This document shows positions 62,623 through 64,000 of a stretch of 64,000 nucleotides of DNA, piece by piece. Origin of the DNA: Candidatus Cloacimonadales bacterium (GTDB taxonomy: Bacteria; Cloacimonadota; Cloacimonadia; Cloacimonadales; JAFGVF01); assembly GCA_963678315.1 (NCBI GenBank), contig OY782781.1:1216001-1280000 (forward strand), in the 5' to 3' direction. The first letter of the stretch is position 1; each line of letters opens with the position of its first letter. Below the pieces are notes generated by a model, which ran no database searches, was not told where the DNA came from, and was given only the letters and a program-made list of their open reading frames with translations. A program made the position numbers and the translations under genes.

Positions 62623-63678
62623 ATGAGGATAGTACATATTGTTGGAGCAAGACCGCAGTTTATAAAGCTTGCCCCGCTTTATAAAGAAATTAAGAAAGCT
62701 CAGTTAGAGCAGATAATAATACATACTGGTCAACATTATGATGATAAAATGTCTAAAGTCTTTTTTGAAGATTTGAAGATAGCTAAGGCTGATGTGAATC
62801 TATCCATTAATGGTGGTTCTCATGCTTATCAAACAGCAGAAATGATGAAAGGTATTGAGAAGGTTTTACTAGAAAATGAGAATATTATTGTTGTTATATA
62901 TGGCGATACGAACTCTACACTAGCAGGAGCAGTTACTGCTGCCAAACTAAACTTACCTATTGTTCATGTAGAAGCTGGATTAAGATCTAATAATCGTGAG
63001 ATGCCGGAAGAAGTTAATAGGATTCTTGCAGATAGGATATCTAATTATTTATTCGCTCCAACTCAAACAGCAGTTGATAATTTGAAGGAAGAAGGTTTGA
63101 CTCATATTACCTATTTTACTGGTGATATCATGACAGATTCTATTAATCAAAACATTATAATTGCTGAAGAAAAGTCTAATATTCTCCAAGACTTAAAGTT
63201 AAACTCTAAAGATTATTATTTATTAACTCTGCACAGACCTTACAATGTTGATAATCCAAAAAAGTTAAATTCTATAATAGAAAAGCTTAATGGGCTTGAT
63301 AAAAAGGTAATTTTCCCAATTCATCCACGAACTAGAAAGATTCTAGATAATAACAAGCTTAACAACTTAGATAATATCTTCTTGATAGAACCATTGGGAT
63401 ATTTAGATTTTCTAGTAATGGAAAAGAATGCTTGTAAGATTATTACAGATTCTGGTGGTATTCAAAAGGAAGCTTGCTTACTAAAAAGACCTTGTATTAC
63501 TTTGAGAACAGAAACAGAGTGGGTCGAGACAGTAGATGCCGGAGTTAATATGCTAGTGACTGAAATAAAAGAAACATTAGTTTCTGAAATAATAAAATTT
63601 AATCCAACATTTGAAAACAAGAACATTTTTGGTAAAGATGTGAGTAAGAAAATGGTCGAAATTATAAAAGGAATTTAG
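62623..63678 (+). CDS. wecB: UDP-N-acetylglucosamine 2-epimerase (non-hydrolysing)
   Basis: VGARPQFIK, HTGQHYD, GDTNST, HVEAGLRS, TDSGGIQKEA. Confidence 0.93.
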   Translation: MRIVHIVGARPQFIKLAPLYKEIKKAQLEQIIIHTGQHYDDKMSKVFFEDLKIAKADVNLSINGGSHAYQTAEMMKGIEKVLLENENIIVVIYGDTNSTLAGAVTAAKLNLPIVHVEAGLRSNNREMPEEVNRILADRISNYLFAPTQTAVDNLKEEGLTHITYFTGDIMTDSINQNIIIAEEKSNILQDLKLNSKDYYLLTLHRPYNVDNPKKLNSIIEKLNGLDKKVIFPIHPRTRKILDNNKLNNLDNIFLIEPLGYLDFLVMEKNACKIITDSGGIQKEACLLKRPCITLRTETEWVETVDAGVNMLVTEIKETLVSEIIKFNPTFENKNIFGKDVSKKMVEIIKGI

Positions 63679-64000
63679 ATGGAACATAAAAGTCTTATAG
63701 ATTACATTGTTTTTATTATTAGAGGAAGGAAGTTTATAATTGCATTCACTTTTATCTTAGCAGTTATAGCAATAGTCTATTCTCTTGTTACACCAGTGTT
63801 TTGGAAGTCATCAACTAAATTCAAGGCTAAGTCATCAAGTAGTGCTTTGAATTTGGATATGTTAGGCAATTTATCTTCAATGATTCCTAGCGGTATAGGA
63901 GATATGTTTGGAGCTGGGAGCGAGTCTCAACAAGATATGCTAAATTACTTAAATTCAAGAAGTTTTTCTGAGCAAGTAATTAAAGAATTTGATCTTATCT
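63679..64000 (+). CDS. Wzz/Wzc-type polysaccharide co-polymerase, N-terminal part (runs off the window; not in the ORF track)
   Basis: MEHKSLIDY...RKFII-TM-YSLVTP..W.S...LNSRSFSEQVI.EFDL. Confidence 0.8.
   Translation, partial: MEHKSLIDYIVFIIRGRKFIIAFTFILAVIAIVYSLVTPVFWKSSTKFKAKSSSSALNLDMLGNLSSMIPSGIGDMFGAGSESQQDMLNYLNSRSFSEQVIKEFDLI

Overview
This is an AT-rich bacterial window. Several secreted proteins end in an 'NPFNP...YNxKGQxV...SSGIYF' C-terminal domain, which suggests an anaerobic FCB-group organism such as Cloacimonadota (inference). Positions 1-30 kb are mostly housekeeping and envelope genes: kamB-like, CDF transporter, polysaccharide export and sugar enzymes, etfB, lgt, purB, a CPA2-PTS EIIA fusion, cysteine desulfidase, hutU, UGPase, a hybrid kinase, sppA, a GntR-ABC operon, osmC and groL with a CIRCE-like site. 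A 1,579-bp IS with terminal inverted repeats and a 12-bp target duplication lies upstream of groL. The most striking feature is a tightly coupled six-gene operon at 32.7-36.5 kb. It encodes four 2x[4Fe-4S] ferredoxins with different export signals (Sec peptide, Sec peptide plus secretion-type C-terminal domain, membrane anchor, lipoprotein), a predicted outer-membrane beta-barrel and a DsbD/CcdA-like membrane protein. This is a candidate heme-free, ferredoxin-based trans-envelope electron conduit. The second notable feature is a tandem pair of integrase-less islands of about 6-7 kb at tRNA-Arg(CCG) (47.8-60.7 kb). They are marked by two displaced tRNA 3' fragments, conserved ends and arm-like repeats at identical spacing, and they carry defence/TA-like and nitrogen/ion cargo. 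The window also holds four tRNAs, several REP-like palindrome clusters, an unannotated 44-aa ORF and gene remnants. All calls come from reading motifs by eye; no database searches were run.
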